Positions 40,901 through 55,600 of a stretch of DNA of 64,000 bases are shown here, one piece after another. Below the pieces are notes generated by a model that saw only the letters and a program-made list of their open reading frames with translations, had not been told where the DNA came from and ran no database searches. Origin of the DNA: Eledone cirrhosa (taxonomy: Eukaryota); assembly GCA_964016885.1 (NCBI GenBank), contig OZ024742.1:337280001-337344000 (forward strand), written 5' to 3'. Position 1 is the stretch's first letter. Each line of letters opens with the position of its first letter. The position numbers and the translations under genes are program-made.

Positions 40901-43900
40901 ATAACTGATGGCAGAAGAAAGGAGTGAATCATCAGACTGGCGTAATTATACTAACTCTTGGACATAACTGATGGCAGAAGAAAGGAGTGAATCATCAGAC
41001 TGGAGTAATGATACTAACTGTTGGTCACAACTGATGGCAGAAGAAAGGAGTGAATCATCAGACTGGAGTAATGATACTAACTGTTGGTCACAACTGATGG
41101 CAGAAGAAAGGAGTAAATCATCAGACTGGAGTAATGATACTAAATGTTGGTCATAACTGATGGCAGAAGAAAGGAGTGAATCATCAGACTGGAGTAATGA
41201 TACTAAATGTTGGTCATAACTGATGGCAGAAGAAAGGAGTGAATCATCAGACTGGAGTAATGATACTAACTGTTGGTCATAACTGATGGCAGAAGAAAGG
41301 AGTGAATCATCAGACTGGTGTAATGATACTAACTGTTGGTCATAACTCCTGGCAGAAGAAAGGAGTGAATCATCAGACTGGAGTAATGATACTAACTGTT
41401 GGACATAACTCCTGGCAGAAGAAAGGAGTGAATCATCAGACTGGAGTAATGATAATAACTGTTGGTCATAACTCCTGGCAGAAGAAATGAGTGAATCATC
41501 AGACTGGAGTAATGATAATAACTGTTGTTCATAACTGATGGCAGAAGAAAGGAGTGAATCATCAGACTGGAGTAATGATACTATCTGTTGGTCACAACTC
41601 CTGGCAGAAGAAAGGAGTGAATCATCAGACTGGAGTAATGATACTAACTGTTGGTCATAACTCCTGGCAGAAGAAAGGAGTGAATCATCAGACTGGAGTA
41701 ATGATACTAACTGTTGGTCACAACTGATGGCAGAAGAAAGGAGTGAATCATCAGACTGGAGTAATGATACTATCTGTTGGTCACAACTCCTGGCAGAAGA
41801 AAGGAGTGAATCATCAGACTGGAGTAATGATACTAACTGTTGGTCATAACTGATGGCAGAAGAAAGGAGTGAATCATCAGACTGGAGTAATGATACTAAC
41901 TGTTGGTCATAACTGATAGCAGAAGAAAGGAGTGAATCATCAGACTGGAGTAATGATACTAACTGTTGGTCATAACTGATGGCAGAAGAAAGGAGTGAAT
42001 CATCAGACTGGAATAATGATACTAACTGTTGGTCATAACTGATGGCAGAAGAAAGGAGTGAATCATCAGACTGGAGTAATGATACTAACTGTTGGTCATA
42101 AGTGATGGCAGAAGAAAGGAGTGAATCATCAGACTGGAATAATGATGTTAACTGTTGGTCACAACTGATGGCAGAAGAAAGGAGTGAATCATCAGACTGG
42201 AATAATGATACTAACTGTTGGTCATAACTGATGGCAGAAGAAAGGAGTGAATCATCAGACTGGAGTAATGATGCTAACTGTTGGTCACAACTGATGGCAG
42301 AAGAAAGGAGTGAATCATCAGACTGGAGTAATGATACTAACTGTTGGTCATAACTGATGGCAGAAGAAAGGAGTGAATCATCAGACTGGAATAATGATAC
42401 TAACTGTTGGTTATAACTGATGGCAGAAGAAAGGAGTGAATCATCAGACTGGAGTAATGATACTAACTGTTGGTCATAAGTGATGGCAGAAGAAAGGAGT
42501 GAATCATCAGACTGGAGTAATGATGCTAACTGTTGGTCACAACTGATGGCAGAAGAAGGGAGTGAATCATCAGACTGGAACAATGATACTAACTGTTGGT
42601 CACAACTGATGGCAGAAGAAAGGAGTGAATCATCAGACTGTAGTAATGATACTAACTGTTGGTCATAACTGATGGCAGAAGAAAGGGGTGAATCATCAGA
42701 CTGGAGTAATGATACTAACTGTTGGTCATAACTGATGGCAGAAGAAAGGAGTGAATCATCAGACTGGAGTAATGATACTAACTGTTGGTCTCAACTGATG
42801 GCAGAAGAAAGGGGTGAGTCATCAGACTGGAGTAATGATACTAACTGTTGGTCACAACTGATGGCAGAAGAAAGGGGTGAGTCATCAGACTGGAGTAATG
42901 ATACTAACTGTTGGTCTCAACTGATGGCAGAAGAAAGGAGTGAATCATCAGACTGGAGTAATGATACTAACTGTTGGTCTCAACTGATGGCAGAAGAAAG
43001 GGGTGAGTCATCAGACTGGAGTAATGATACTAACTGTTGGTCATAACTGATGGCAGCAGAAAGGAGTGAATCATCAGACTGGAGTAATGATACTAAGTGT
43101 TGGTCTCAACTGATGGCAGAAGAAAGGGGTGAGTCATCAGACTGGAGTAATGATACTAACTGTTGGTCATAACTGATGGCAGAAGAAAGGAGTGAATCAT
43201 CAGACTGGAGTAATGATACTAACTGTTGGTCACAACTGATGGCAGAAGAAAGGAGTGAATCATCAGACTGGAGTAATGATACTAACTGTTGGTCACAACT
43301 GATGGCAGAAGAAAGGAGTGAATCATTAGACTGGAGTAATGATACTAACTGTTGTTCATAACTGATGGCAGAAGAAAGGAGTGAATCATCAGACTGGAGT
43401 AATGATAATAACTGTTGGTCATAACTCCTGGCAGAAGAAAGGAGTGAATCATCAGACTGGAGTAATGATAATAACTGTTGGTCATAACTGATGGCAGAAG
43501 AAAGGAGTGAATCATCAGACTGGAGTAATGATAATAACTGTTGGTCATAACTCCTGGCAGAAGAAAGGAGTGAATCATCAGACTGGAGTAATGATAATAA
43601 CTGTTGGTCACAACTGATGGCAGAAGAAAGGAGTGAATCATCAGACTGGAGTAATGATAATAACTGTTGTTCATAACTGATGGCAGAAGAAAGGAGTGAA
43701 TCATCAGACTGGAGTAATGATAATAACTGTTGGTCATAACTCCTGGCAGAAGAAAGGAGTGAATCATCAGACTGGAGTAATGATAATAACTGTTGGTCAT
43801 AACTGATGGCAGAAGAAAGGAGTGAATCATCAGACTGGAGTAATGATACTAACTGTTGGTCATAACTGATGGCAGAAGAAAGGAATGAATCATCAGACTG

Positions 43901-45304
43901 GAGTAATGATAATAACTGTTGTTCATAACTGATGGCAGAAGAAAGGAGTGAATCATCAGACTGGAGTAATGATACTAACTGTTGGTCACAACTAATGGCA
44001 GAAGAAAGGAGTGAATCATCAGACTGGAGTAATTATGCTAACTGTTGGTCATAACTCCTGGCAGAAGAAAGGAGTGAATCATCAGACTGGAGTAATGATA
44101 CTAACTGTTGGTCACAACTGATGGCAGAAGAAAGGAGTGAATCATCAGACTGGAGTAATGATAATAACTGTTGGTCATAACTGATGGCAGAAGAAAGGAG
44201 TGAATCCTCAGACTGGCGTAATGATACTAACTGTTGGTCATAACTGATGGCAGAAGAAAGGAGTGAATCATCAGACTGGCGTAATGATACTAACTGTTGG
44301 TCATAACTGATGGCAGAAGAAAGGAGTGAATCATCAGACTGGCGTAATGATACTAACTGTTGGTCATCACTGATGGCAGAAGAAAGGAGTGAATCATCAG
44401 ACTGGAGTAATGATAATAACTGTTGGTCACAACTCCTGGCAGAAGAAAGGAGTGAATCATCAGACTGGAGTAATGATAATAACTGTTGTTAATAACTGAT
44501 GGCAGAAGAAAGGAGTGAATCATCAGACTGGAGTAATGATACTAACTGTTGGTCACAACAGATGGCAGAAGAAAGAGTGAATCATTAGACTGGAGTAATG
44601 ATACTAACTGTTGGTCACAACTGATGGCAGAAGAAAGGAGTGAATCATTAGACTGGAGTAATGATAATAACTGTTGTTCATAACTGATGGCAGAAGAAAG
44701 GAGTGAATCATCAGACTGGAGTAATGATACTAACTGTTGGTCACAACTGATGGCAGAAGAAAGGAGTGAATCATCAGAATGGAGTAATGATACTAACTGT
44801 TGGTCATAACTGATGGCAGAAGAAAGGAGTGAATCATCAGACTGGAGTAATGATACTAACTGTTGGTCACAACTTATGGCAGAAGAAAGGAGTGAATCAT
44901 CAGACTGGAGTAATGATACTAACTGTTGGTCATAACTGATGGCAGAAGAAAGGAGTGTTCATCAGACTGGAGTAATGATAATAACTGTTGTTCACAACTC
45001 CTGGCAGAAGAAACGAGTGAATCATCAGACTGGAGTAATGATACTAACTGTTGGTCATAACTGATGGCAGAAGAAAGGAGTGAATCATCAGACTGGAGTA
45101 ATGATACTAACTGTTGGTCATAACTCCTGGCAGAAGAAAGGAGTGAATCATCAGACTGGAGTAATGATACTAACTGTTGGTCACAACTGATGGCAGAAGA
45201 AACGAGTGAATCATCAGACTGGAGTAATGATACTAACTGTTGGTCACAACTGATGGCAGAAGAAAGGAGTGAATCCTCAGACTGGCGTAATGATACTAAC
45301 TGAT

Positions 45305-48300
45305 GGTCATAACTGATGGCAGAAGAAAGGAGTGAATCATCAGACTGGAGTAATGATACTAACTGTTGGTCACAACTGATGGCAGAAGAAAGGAGTGAAT
45401 CCTCAGACTGGCGTAATGATACTAACTGATGGTCATAACTGATGGCAGAAGAAAGGAGTGAATCATCAGACTGGAGTAATGATACTATCTGTTGGTCACA
45501 ACTGATGGCAGAAGAAAGGAGTGAATCATCAGACTGGAGTAATGATACTAACTGTTAGTCACAACTGATGGCAGAAGAAAGGAGTGAATCATCAGACTGG
45601 AGTAATGATACTAACTGTTGGTCATAACTGATGGCAGAAGAAAGGAGTGAATCATTAGACTGGAGTAATGATAATAACTGTTGTTCATAACTGATGGCAG
45701 AAGAAAGGAGTGAATCATCAGACTGGAGTAATGATACTAACTGTTGGTCACAACTGATGGCAGAAGAAAGGAGTGAATCATCAGACTGGAGTAATGATAC
45801 TAACTGTTGGTCACAACTGATGGCAGAAGAAAGGAGTGAATCATCAGAATGGAGTAATGATAATAACTGTTGTTCACAACTCCTGGCAGAAGAAACGAGT
45901 GAATCATCAGACTGGAGTAATGATACTAATTGTTGGTCACAACTGATGGCAGAAGAAAGGAGTGAATCATCAGACTGGAGTAATGATACTAACTGTTGGT
46001 CATAACTGATGGCAGAAGAAAGGAGTGTTCATCAGACTGGAGTAATGATAATAACTGTTGTTCACAACTCCTGGCAGAAGAAACGAGTGAATCATCAGAC
46101 TGGAGTAATGATACTAACTGTTGGTCATAACTGATGGCAGAAGAAAGGAGTGAATCATCAGACTGGAGTAATGATACTAACTGTTGGTCATAACTCCTGG
46201 CAGAAGAAAGGAGTGAATCATCAGACTGGAGTAATGATACTAACTGTTGGTCACAACTCATGGCAGAAGAAAGGAGTGAATCATCAGACTGGAGTAATGA
46301 TAATAACTGTTGGTCATAACTGATGGCAGAAGAAAGGAGTGAATCATCAGACTGGAGTAATGATACTAACTGTTGGTCACAACTCCTGGCAGAAGAAACG
46401 AGTGAATCATCAGACTGGAGTAATGATACTAACTGTTGGTCACAACTGATGGCAGAAGAAAGGAGTGAATAATCAGACTGGAGTAATGATAATAACTGTT
46501 GGTCATAACTGATGGCAGAAGAAAGGAGTGAATCATCAGACTGGAGTAATGATACTAACTGTTGGTCACAACTCCTGGCAGAAGAAAGGAGTGAATCATC
46601 AGACTGGAGTAATGATACTAACTGTTGGTCATAACTGATGGCAGAAGAAAGGGGTGAATCATCAGACTGGTGTAATGATACTAACTGTTCGTCATAAGTC
46701 CTGGCAGAAGAAAGGAGTGAATCATCAGACTGGAGTAATGATACTAACTGTTGGTCACAACTGATGGCAGAAGAAAGGAGGGAATAATCAGACTGGAGTA
46801 ATGATACTAACTGTTGGTCATAACAGATGGTAGAAGAAAGGAGTGAATCATCAGACTGGAGTAATGATACTAACTGTTGGTCACAACTCCTGGTAGAAGA
46901 AAGGAGTGAAGCATCAGACTGGAGTAATGATACTAACTGTTGGTCACAACTCCTGGTAGAAGAAAGGAGTGAATCATCAGACTGGAGTAATGATACTAAC
47001 TGTTGGTCACAACTGATGGCAGAAGAAAGGAGTGAATCATCAGACTGGAGTAATGATACTAACTGTTGGTCTCAACTGATGGCAGAAGAAAGAAGGGAAT
47101 AATCAGACTGGAGTAATGATACTAACTGTTGGTCACAACTGATGGCAGAAGAAAGGAGTGAGTCATCAGACTGGAGTAATGATACTAACTGTTGGTCACA
47201 ACTGATGGCAGAAGAAAGTAATGAATCATAAGACTGGAGTAATGATACTATCTGTTGGTCATAACTGATGGCAGAAAAAAGGAGTGAATCATCAGACTGG
47301 AGTAATGATACTAACTGTTGGTCATAACTGATGGCAGAAGAAAGGAATGAATCATCAGACTGGAGTAATGATACTAACTGTTGGTCACAACTGATGGCAG
47401 AAGAAAGGAGTGAATCATCAGACTGGAGTAATAATACTAAATGTTGATCATAACTGATGGCAGAAGAAAGGAGTGAATCATCAGACTGGAGTAATGATAC
47501 TAACTGTTGGTCATAACTGATGGCAGAAGAAAGGAGTGAATCATCAGACTGGAGTAATGATACTAACTGTTGGTCATAACTGATGGCAGAAGAAAGGAGT
47601 GAATCATCAGACTGGAGTAATGATACTAACTGTTGGTCATAACTGATGGCAGAAGAAAGGAGTGAATCATCTGACTGGAGTAATGATAATAACTGTTGGT
47701 CATAACTGATGGCAGAAGAAAGGAGTGAATCATCAGACTGGAGTAATGATACTAACTGTTGGTCACAACTGATGGCAGAAGAAAGGAGTGAATCCTCAGA
47801 CTGGCGTAATGATACTAACTGTTGGTCATAACTGATGGCAGAAGAAAGGAGTGAATCATCTGACTGGAGTAATGATAATAACTGTTGGTCATAACTGATG
47901 GCAGAAGAAAGGAGTGAATCATCAGACTGGAGTAATGATACTAACTGTTGGTCACAACTGATGGCAGAAGAAAGGAGTGAATCCTCAGACTGGCGTAATG
48001 ATACTAACTGATGGTCATAACTGATGGCAGAAGAAAGGAGTGAATCATCAGACTGGAGTAATGATACTATCTGTTGGTCACAACTGATGGCAGAAGAAAG
48101 GAGTGAATCATCAGACTGGAGTAATGATACTAACTGTTAGTCACAACTGATGGCAGAAGAAAGGAGTGAATCATCAGACTGGAGTAATGATACTAACTGT
48201 TGGTCATAACTGATGGCAGAAGAAAGGAGTGAATCATTAGACTGGAGTAATGATAATAACTGTTGTTCATAACTGATGGCAGAAGAAAGGAGTGAATCAT

Positions 48301-50330
48301 CAGACTGGAGTAATGATACTAACTGTTGGTCACAACTGATGGCAGAAGAAAGGAGTGAATCATCAGACTGGAGTAATGATACTAACTGTTGGTCACAACT
48401 GATGGCAGAAGAAAGGAGTGAATCATCAGAATGGAGTAATGATAATAACTGTTGTTCACAACTCCTGGCAGAAGAAACGAGTGAATCATCAGACTGGAGT
48501 AATGATACTAAATGTTGGTCACAACTGATGGCAGAAGAAAGGAGTGAATCATCAGACTGGAGTAATGATACTAACTGTTGGTCATAACTGATGGCAGAAG
48601 AAAGGAGAGTTCATCAGACTGGAGTAATGATAATAACTGTTGTTCACAACTCCTGGCAGAAGAAACGAGTGAATCATCAGACTGGAGTAATGATACTAAC
48701 TGTTGGTCATAACTGATGGCAGAAGAAAGGAGTGAATCATCAGACTGGAGTAATGATACTAACTGTTGGTCATAACTCCTGGCAGAAGAAAGGAGTGAAT
48801 CATCAGACTGGAGTAATGATACTAACTGTTGGTCACAACTCATGGCAGAAGAAAGGAGTGAATCATCAGACTGGAGTAATGATAATAACTGTTGGTCATA
48901 ACTGATGGCAGAAGAAAGGAGTGAATCATCAGACTGGAGTAATGATACTAACTGTTGGTCACAACTCCTGGCAGAAGAAACGAGTGAATCATCAGACTGG
49001 AGTAATGATACTAACTGTTGGTCACAACTGATGGCAGAAGAAAGGAGTGAATAATCAGACTGGAGTAATGATAATAACTGTTGGTCATAACTGATGGCAG
49101 AAGAAAGGAGTGAATCATCAGACTGGAGTAATGATACTAACTGTTGGTCACAACTCCTGGCAGAAGAAAGGAGTGAATCATCAGACTGGAGTAATGATAC
49201 TAACTGTTGGTCATAACTGATGGCAGAAGAAAGGGGTGAATCATCAGACTGGTGTAATGATACTAACTGTTGGTCATAACTCCTGGCAGAAGAAAGGAGT
49301 GAATCATCAGACTGGAGTAATGATACTAACTGTTGGTCACAACTGATGGCAGAAGAAAGGAGGGAATAATCAGACTGGAGTAATGATACTAACTGTTGGT
49401 CATAACAGATGGTAGAAGAAAGGAGTGAATCATCAGACTGGAGTAATGATACTAACTGTTGGTCACAACTCCTGGTAGAAGAAAGGAGTGAAGCATCAGA
49501 CTGGAGTAATGATACTAACTGTTGGTCACAACTCCTGGTAGAAGAAAGGAGTGAATCATCAGACTGGAGTAATGATACTAACTGTTGGTCACAACTGATG
49601 GCAGAAGAAAGGAGTGAATCATCAGACTGGAGTAATGATACTAACTGTTGGTCTCAACTGATGGCAGAAGAAAGAAGGGAATAATCAGACTGGAGTAATG
49701 ATACTAACTGTTGGTCACAACTGATGGCAGAAGAAAGGAGTGAATCATCAGACTGGAGTAATGATACTAACTGTTGGTCACAACTGATGGCAGAAGAAAG
49801 TAATGAATCATAAGACTGGAGTAATGATACTATCTGTTGGTCATAACTGATGGCAGAAAAAAGGAGTGAATCATCAGACTGGAGTAATGATACTAACTGT
49901 TGGTCATAACTGATGGCAGAAGAAAGGAATGAATCATCAGACTGGAGTAATGATACTAACTGTTGGTCACAACTGATGGCAGAAGAAAGGAGTGAATCAT
50001 CAGACTGGAGTAATAATACTAAATGTTGATCATAACTGATGGCAGAAGAAAGGAGTGAATCATCAGACTGGAGTAATGATACTAACTGTTGGTCATAACT
50101 GATGGCAGAAGAAAGGAGTGAATCATCAGACTGGAGTAATGATACTAACTGTTGGTCATAACTGATGGCAGAAGAAAGGAGTGAATCATCAGACTGGAGT
50201 AATGATACTAACTGTTGGTCATAACTGATGGCAGAAGAAAGGAGTGAATCATCTGACTGGAGTAATGATAATAACTGTTGGTCATAACTGATGGCAGAAG
50301 AAAGGAGTGAATCATCAGACTGGAGTAATG
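45305..50330. repeat. Tandem duplication of a 41-monomer - 1 bp (2,582-bp) block
   Basis: The offset is 2582 for 45694/48276, 45989/48571 and 46827/49409. Both copies share TGTTAGTC, ACTCATGG, AAAGTAATG and ATGTTGATC. Confidence 0.93.
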
Positions 50331-50349
50331 ATAATAACTGTTGGTCATA

Positions 50350-52660
50350 ACTGATGGCAGAAGAAAGGAGTGAATCATCAGACTGGAGTAATGATACTAA
50401 CTGTTGGTCATAACTGATGGCAGAAGAAAGGGGTGAATCATCAGACTGGAGTAATGATACTAATTGTTGGTCATAACTCCTGGCAGAAGAAAGGAGTGAA
50501 TCATCAGACTGGAGTAATGATACTAACTGTTGGTCACAACTGATGGCAGAAGAAAGGAGGGAATAATCAGACTGGAGTAATGATACTAACTGTTGGTCAT
50601 AACAGATGGTAGAAGAAAGGAGTGAATCATCAGACTGGAGTAATGATACTAACTGTTGGTCACAACTCCTGGTAGAAGAAAGGAGTGAAGCATCAGACTG
50701 GAGTAATGATACTAACTGTTGGTCATAACTGATGGCAGAAGAAAGGAGTGAATCATCAGACTGGAGTAATGATACTAACTGTTGGTCATAACAGATGGTA
50801 GAAGAAAGGAGTGAATCATCAGACTGGAGTAATGATACTAACTGTTGGTCACAACTCCTGGTAGAAGAAAGGAGTGAAGCATCAGACTGGAGTAATGATA
50901 CTAACTGTTGGTCACAACTCCTGGCAGAAGAAAGGAGTGAATCATCAGACTGGAGTAATGATACTAACTGTTGGTCATAACTGATGGCAGAAGAAAGGAG
51001 TGAATCATCAGACTGGAGTAATGATACTAACTGTTGGTCATAACAGATGGCAGAAGAAAGGAGTGAATCATCAGACTGGAGTAATGATACTAACTGTTGG
51101 TCACAACTCCTGGTAGAAGAAAGGAGTGAAGCATCAGACTGGAGTAATGATACTAACTGTTGGTCACAACTCCTGGCAGAAGAAAGGAGTGAATCATCAG
51201 ACTGGAGTAATGATACTAACTGTTGGTCATAACTGATGGCAGAAGAAAGGAGTGAATCATCAGACTGGAGTAATGATACTAACTGTTGGTCATAACAGAT
51301 GGTAGAAGAAAGGAGTGAATCATCAGACTGGAGTAATGATACTAACTGTTGGTCACAACTCCTGGTAGAAGAAAGGAGTGAATCATCAGACTGGAGTAAT
51401 GATACTAACTGTTGGTCACATTTCCTGGCAGAAGAAAGGAGTGAATCATCAGACTGGAGCAATGATACTAACTGTTGGTCATAACTGATGGCAGAAGAAA
51501 GGAGTGAATCATCAGACTGGAGTAATGATACTAACTGTTGGTCTCAACTGATGGCAGAAGAAAGGAGGGAATAATCAGACTGGAGTAATGATAATAACTG
51601 TTGGTCATAACTGATGGCAGAAGAAAGGAGTGAATCATCAGACTGGAGTAATGATACTAACTGTTGGTCATAACTGATGGCAGAAGAAAGGGGTGAATCA
51701 TCAGACTGGAGTAATGATACTAATTGTTGGTCATAACTCCTGGCAGAAGAAAGGAGTGAATCATCAGACTGGAGTAATGATACTAACTGTTGGTCACAAC
51801 TGATGGCAGAAGAAAGGAGGGAATAATCAGACTGGAGTAATGATACTAACTGTTGGTCATAACAGATGGTAGAAGAAAGGAGTGAATCATCAGACTGGAG
51901 TAATGATACTAACTGTTGGTCACAACTCCTGGTAGAAGAAAGGAGTGAAGCATCAGACTGGAGTAATGATACTAACTGTTGGTCACAACTCCTGGCAGAA
52001 GAAAGGAGTGAATCATCAGACTGGAGTAATCATACTAACTGTTGGTCATAACTGATGGCAGAAGAAAGGAGTGAATCATCAGACTGGAGTAATGATACTA
52101 ACTGTTGGTCATAACAGATGGTAGAAGAAAGGAGTGAATCATCAGACTGGAGTAATGATACTAACTGTTGGTCACAACTCCTGGTAGAAGAAAGGAGTGA
52201 AGCATCAGACTGGAGTAATGATACTAACTGTTGGTCACAACTCCTGGCAGAAGAAAGGAGTGAATCATCAGACTGGAGTAATGATACTAACTGTTGGTCA
52301 TAACTGATGGCAGAAGAAAGGAGTGAATCATCAGACTGGAGTAATGATACTAACTGTTGGTCATAACAGATGGTAGAAGAAAGGAGTGAATCATCAGACT
52401 GGAGTAATGATACTAACTGTTGGTCACAACTCCTGGTAGAAGAAAGGAGTGAATCATCAGACTGGAGTAATGATACTAACTGTTGGTCACATTTCCTGGC
52501 AGAAGAAAGGAGTGAATCATCAGACTGGAGCAATGATACTAACTGTTGGTCATAACTGATGGCAGAAGAAAGGAGTGAATCATCAGACTGGAGTAATGAT
52601 ACTAACTGTTGGTCTCAACTGATGGCAGAAGAAAGGAGGGAATAATCAGACTGGAGTAAT
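50350..52660. repeat. Local 4-monomer (252-bp) higher-order repeat inside a 17-monomer (1,071-bp) duplication
   Basis: ACAGATGG-type starts are at 50795/51047/51299 and 51866/52118/52370. CACATTTCC is at 51421 and 52492. Confidence 0.88.
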
Positions 52661-55600
52661 GATACTAACTGTTGGTCATAACTGATGGCAGAAGAAAGTA
52701 GTGAATCATAAGATTGGAGTAATGATACTATCTGTTGGTCATAACTGATGGCAGAAAAAAGGAGTGAATCATCAGACTGGAGTAATGATACTAACTGTTG
52801 GTCACAACTGATGGCAGAAGAAAGGAGTGAATCATCAGACTGGAGTAATGATACTAACTGTTGGTCACAACTGATGGCAGAAGAAAGGAATGAATCATCA
52901 GACTGGAGTAATGATACTAACTGTTGGTCACAACTGATGGCAGAAGAAAGGAGTGAATCATCAGACTGGAGTAATAATACTAACTGTTGGTCATAACTGA
53001 TGGCAGAAGAAAGGAGTGAATCATCAGACTGGAGTAATGATAATAACTGTTGTTCATAACTGATGGCAGAAGAAAGGAGTGAATCATCAGACTGGAGTAA
53101 TGATACTATCTGTTGGTCACAACTCCTGGCAGAAGAAAGGAGTGAATCATCAGACTGGAGTAATGATACTAACTGTTGGTCATAACTCCTGGCAGAAGAA
53201 AGGAGTGAATCATCAGACTGGAGTAATGATACTAAGTGTTGGTCACAACTGATGGCAGAAGAAAGGTGTGAATCATCAGACTGGAGTAATGATACTATCT
53301 GTTGGTCACAACTCCTGGCAGAAGAAAGGAGTGAATCATCAGACTGGAGTAATGATACTAACTGTTGGTCATAACTGATGGCAGAAGAAAGGAGTGAATC
53401 ATCAGACTGGAGTAATGATACTAACTGTTGGTCATAACTGATAGCAGAAGAAAGGAGTGAATCATCAGACTGGAGTAATGATACTAACTGTTGGTCATAA
53501 CTGATGGCAGAAGAAAGGAGTGAATCATCAGACTGGAATAATGATACTAACTGTTGGTCATAACTGATGGCAGAAGAAAGGAGTGAATCATCAGACTGGA
53601 GTAATGATACTAACTGTTGGTCATAAGTGATGGCACAAGAAAGGAGTGAATCATCAGACTGGAATAATGATGCTAACTGTTGGTCACAACTGATGGCAGA
53701 AGAAAGGAGAGAATCATCAGACTGGAATAATGATACTAACTGTTGGTCATAACTGATGGCAGAAGAAAGGAGTGAATCATCAGACTGGAGTAATGATGCT
53801 AACTGTTGGTCACAACTGATGGCAGAAGAAAGGAGTGAATCATCAGACTGGAGTAATGATACTAACTGTTGGTCATAACTGATGGCAGAAGAAAGGAGTG
53901 AATCATCAGACTGGAGTAATGATACTAACTGTTGGTCATAACTGATGGCAGAAGAAAGGAGTGAATCATCAGACTGGAATAATGATACTAACTGTTGGTT
54001 ATAACTGATGGCAGAAGAAAGGAGTGAATCATCAGACTGGAGTAATGATACTAACTGTTGGTCATAACTGATGGCAGAAGAAAGGAGTGAATCATCAGAC
54101 TGGAGTAATGATACTAACTGTTGGTCATAACTGATGGCAGAAGAAAGGAGTGAATCATCAGACTGGAGTAATGATACTAACTGTTGGTCATAAGTGATGG
54201 CAGAAGAAAGGAGTGAATCATCAGACTGGAGTAATGATGCTAACTGTTGGTCACAACTGATGGCAGAAGAAGGGAGTGAATCATCAGACTGGAATAATGA
54301 TACTAACTGTTGGTCACAACTGATGGCAGAAGAAAGGAGTGAATCATCAGACTGTAGTAATGATACTAACTGTTGGTCATAACTGATGGCAGAAGAAAGG
54401 GGTGAATCATCAGACTGGAGTAATGATACTAACTGTTGGTCATAACTGATGGCAGAAGAAAGGAGTGAATCATCAGACTGGAGTAATGATACTAACTGTT
54501 GGTCTCAACTGATGGCAGAAGAAAGGGGTGAGTCATCAGACTGGAGTAATGATACTAACTGTTGGTCACAACTGATGGCAGAAGAAAGGGGTGAGTCATC
54601 AGACTGGAGTAATGATACTAACTGTTGGTCTCAACTGATGGCAGAAGAAAGGAGTGAATCATCAGACTGGAGTAATGATACTAACTGTTGGTCTCAACTG
54701 ATGGCAGAAGAAAGGGGTGAGTCATCAGACTGGAGTAATGATACTAACTGTTGGTCATAACTGATGGCAGCAGAAAGGAGTGAATCATCAGACTGGAGTA
54801 ATGATACTAAGTGTTGGTCTCAACTGATGGCAGAAGAAAGGGGTGAGTCATCAGACTGGAGTAATGATACTAACTGTTGGTCATAACTGATGGCAGAAGA
54901 AAGGAGTGAATCATCAGACTGGAGTAATGATACTAACTGTTGGTCACAACTGATGGCAGAAGAAAGGAGTGAATCATCAGACTGGAGTAATGATACTAAC
55001 TGTTGGTCACAACTGATGGCAGAAGAAAGGAGTGAATCATTAGACTGGAGTAATGATACTAACTGTTGTTCATAACTGATGGCAGAAGAAAGGAGTGAAT
55101 CATCAGACTGGAGTAATGATAATAACTGTTGGTCATAACTCCTGGCAGAAGAAAGGAGTGAATCATCAGACTGGAGTAATGATAATAACTGTTGGTCATA
55201 ACTCCTGGCAGAAGAAAGGAGTGAATCATCAGACTGGAGTAATGATAATAACTGTTGGTCATAACTGATGGCAGAAGAAAGGAGTGAATCATCAGACTGG
55301 AGTAATGATACTAACTGTTGGTCATAACTGATGGCAGAAGAAAGGAATGAATCATCAGACTGGAGTAATGATAATAACTGTTGTTCATAACTGATGGCAG
55401 AAGAAAGGAGTGAATCATCAGACTGGAGTAATGATACTAACTGTTGGTCACAACTAATGGCAGAAGAAAGGAGTGAATCATCAGACTGGAGTAATTATGC
55501 TAACTGTTGGTCATAACTCCTGGCAGAAGAAAGGAGTGAATCATCAGACTGGAGTAATGATACTAACTGTTGGGCACAACTGATGGCAGAAGAAAGGAGT

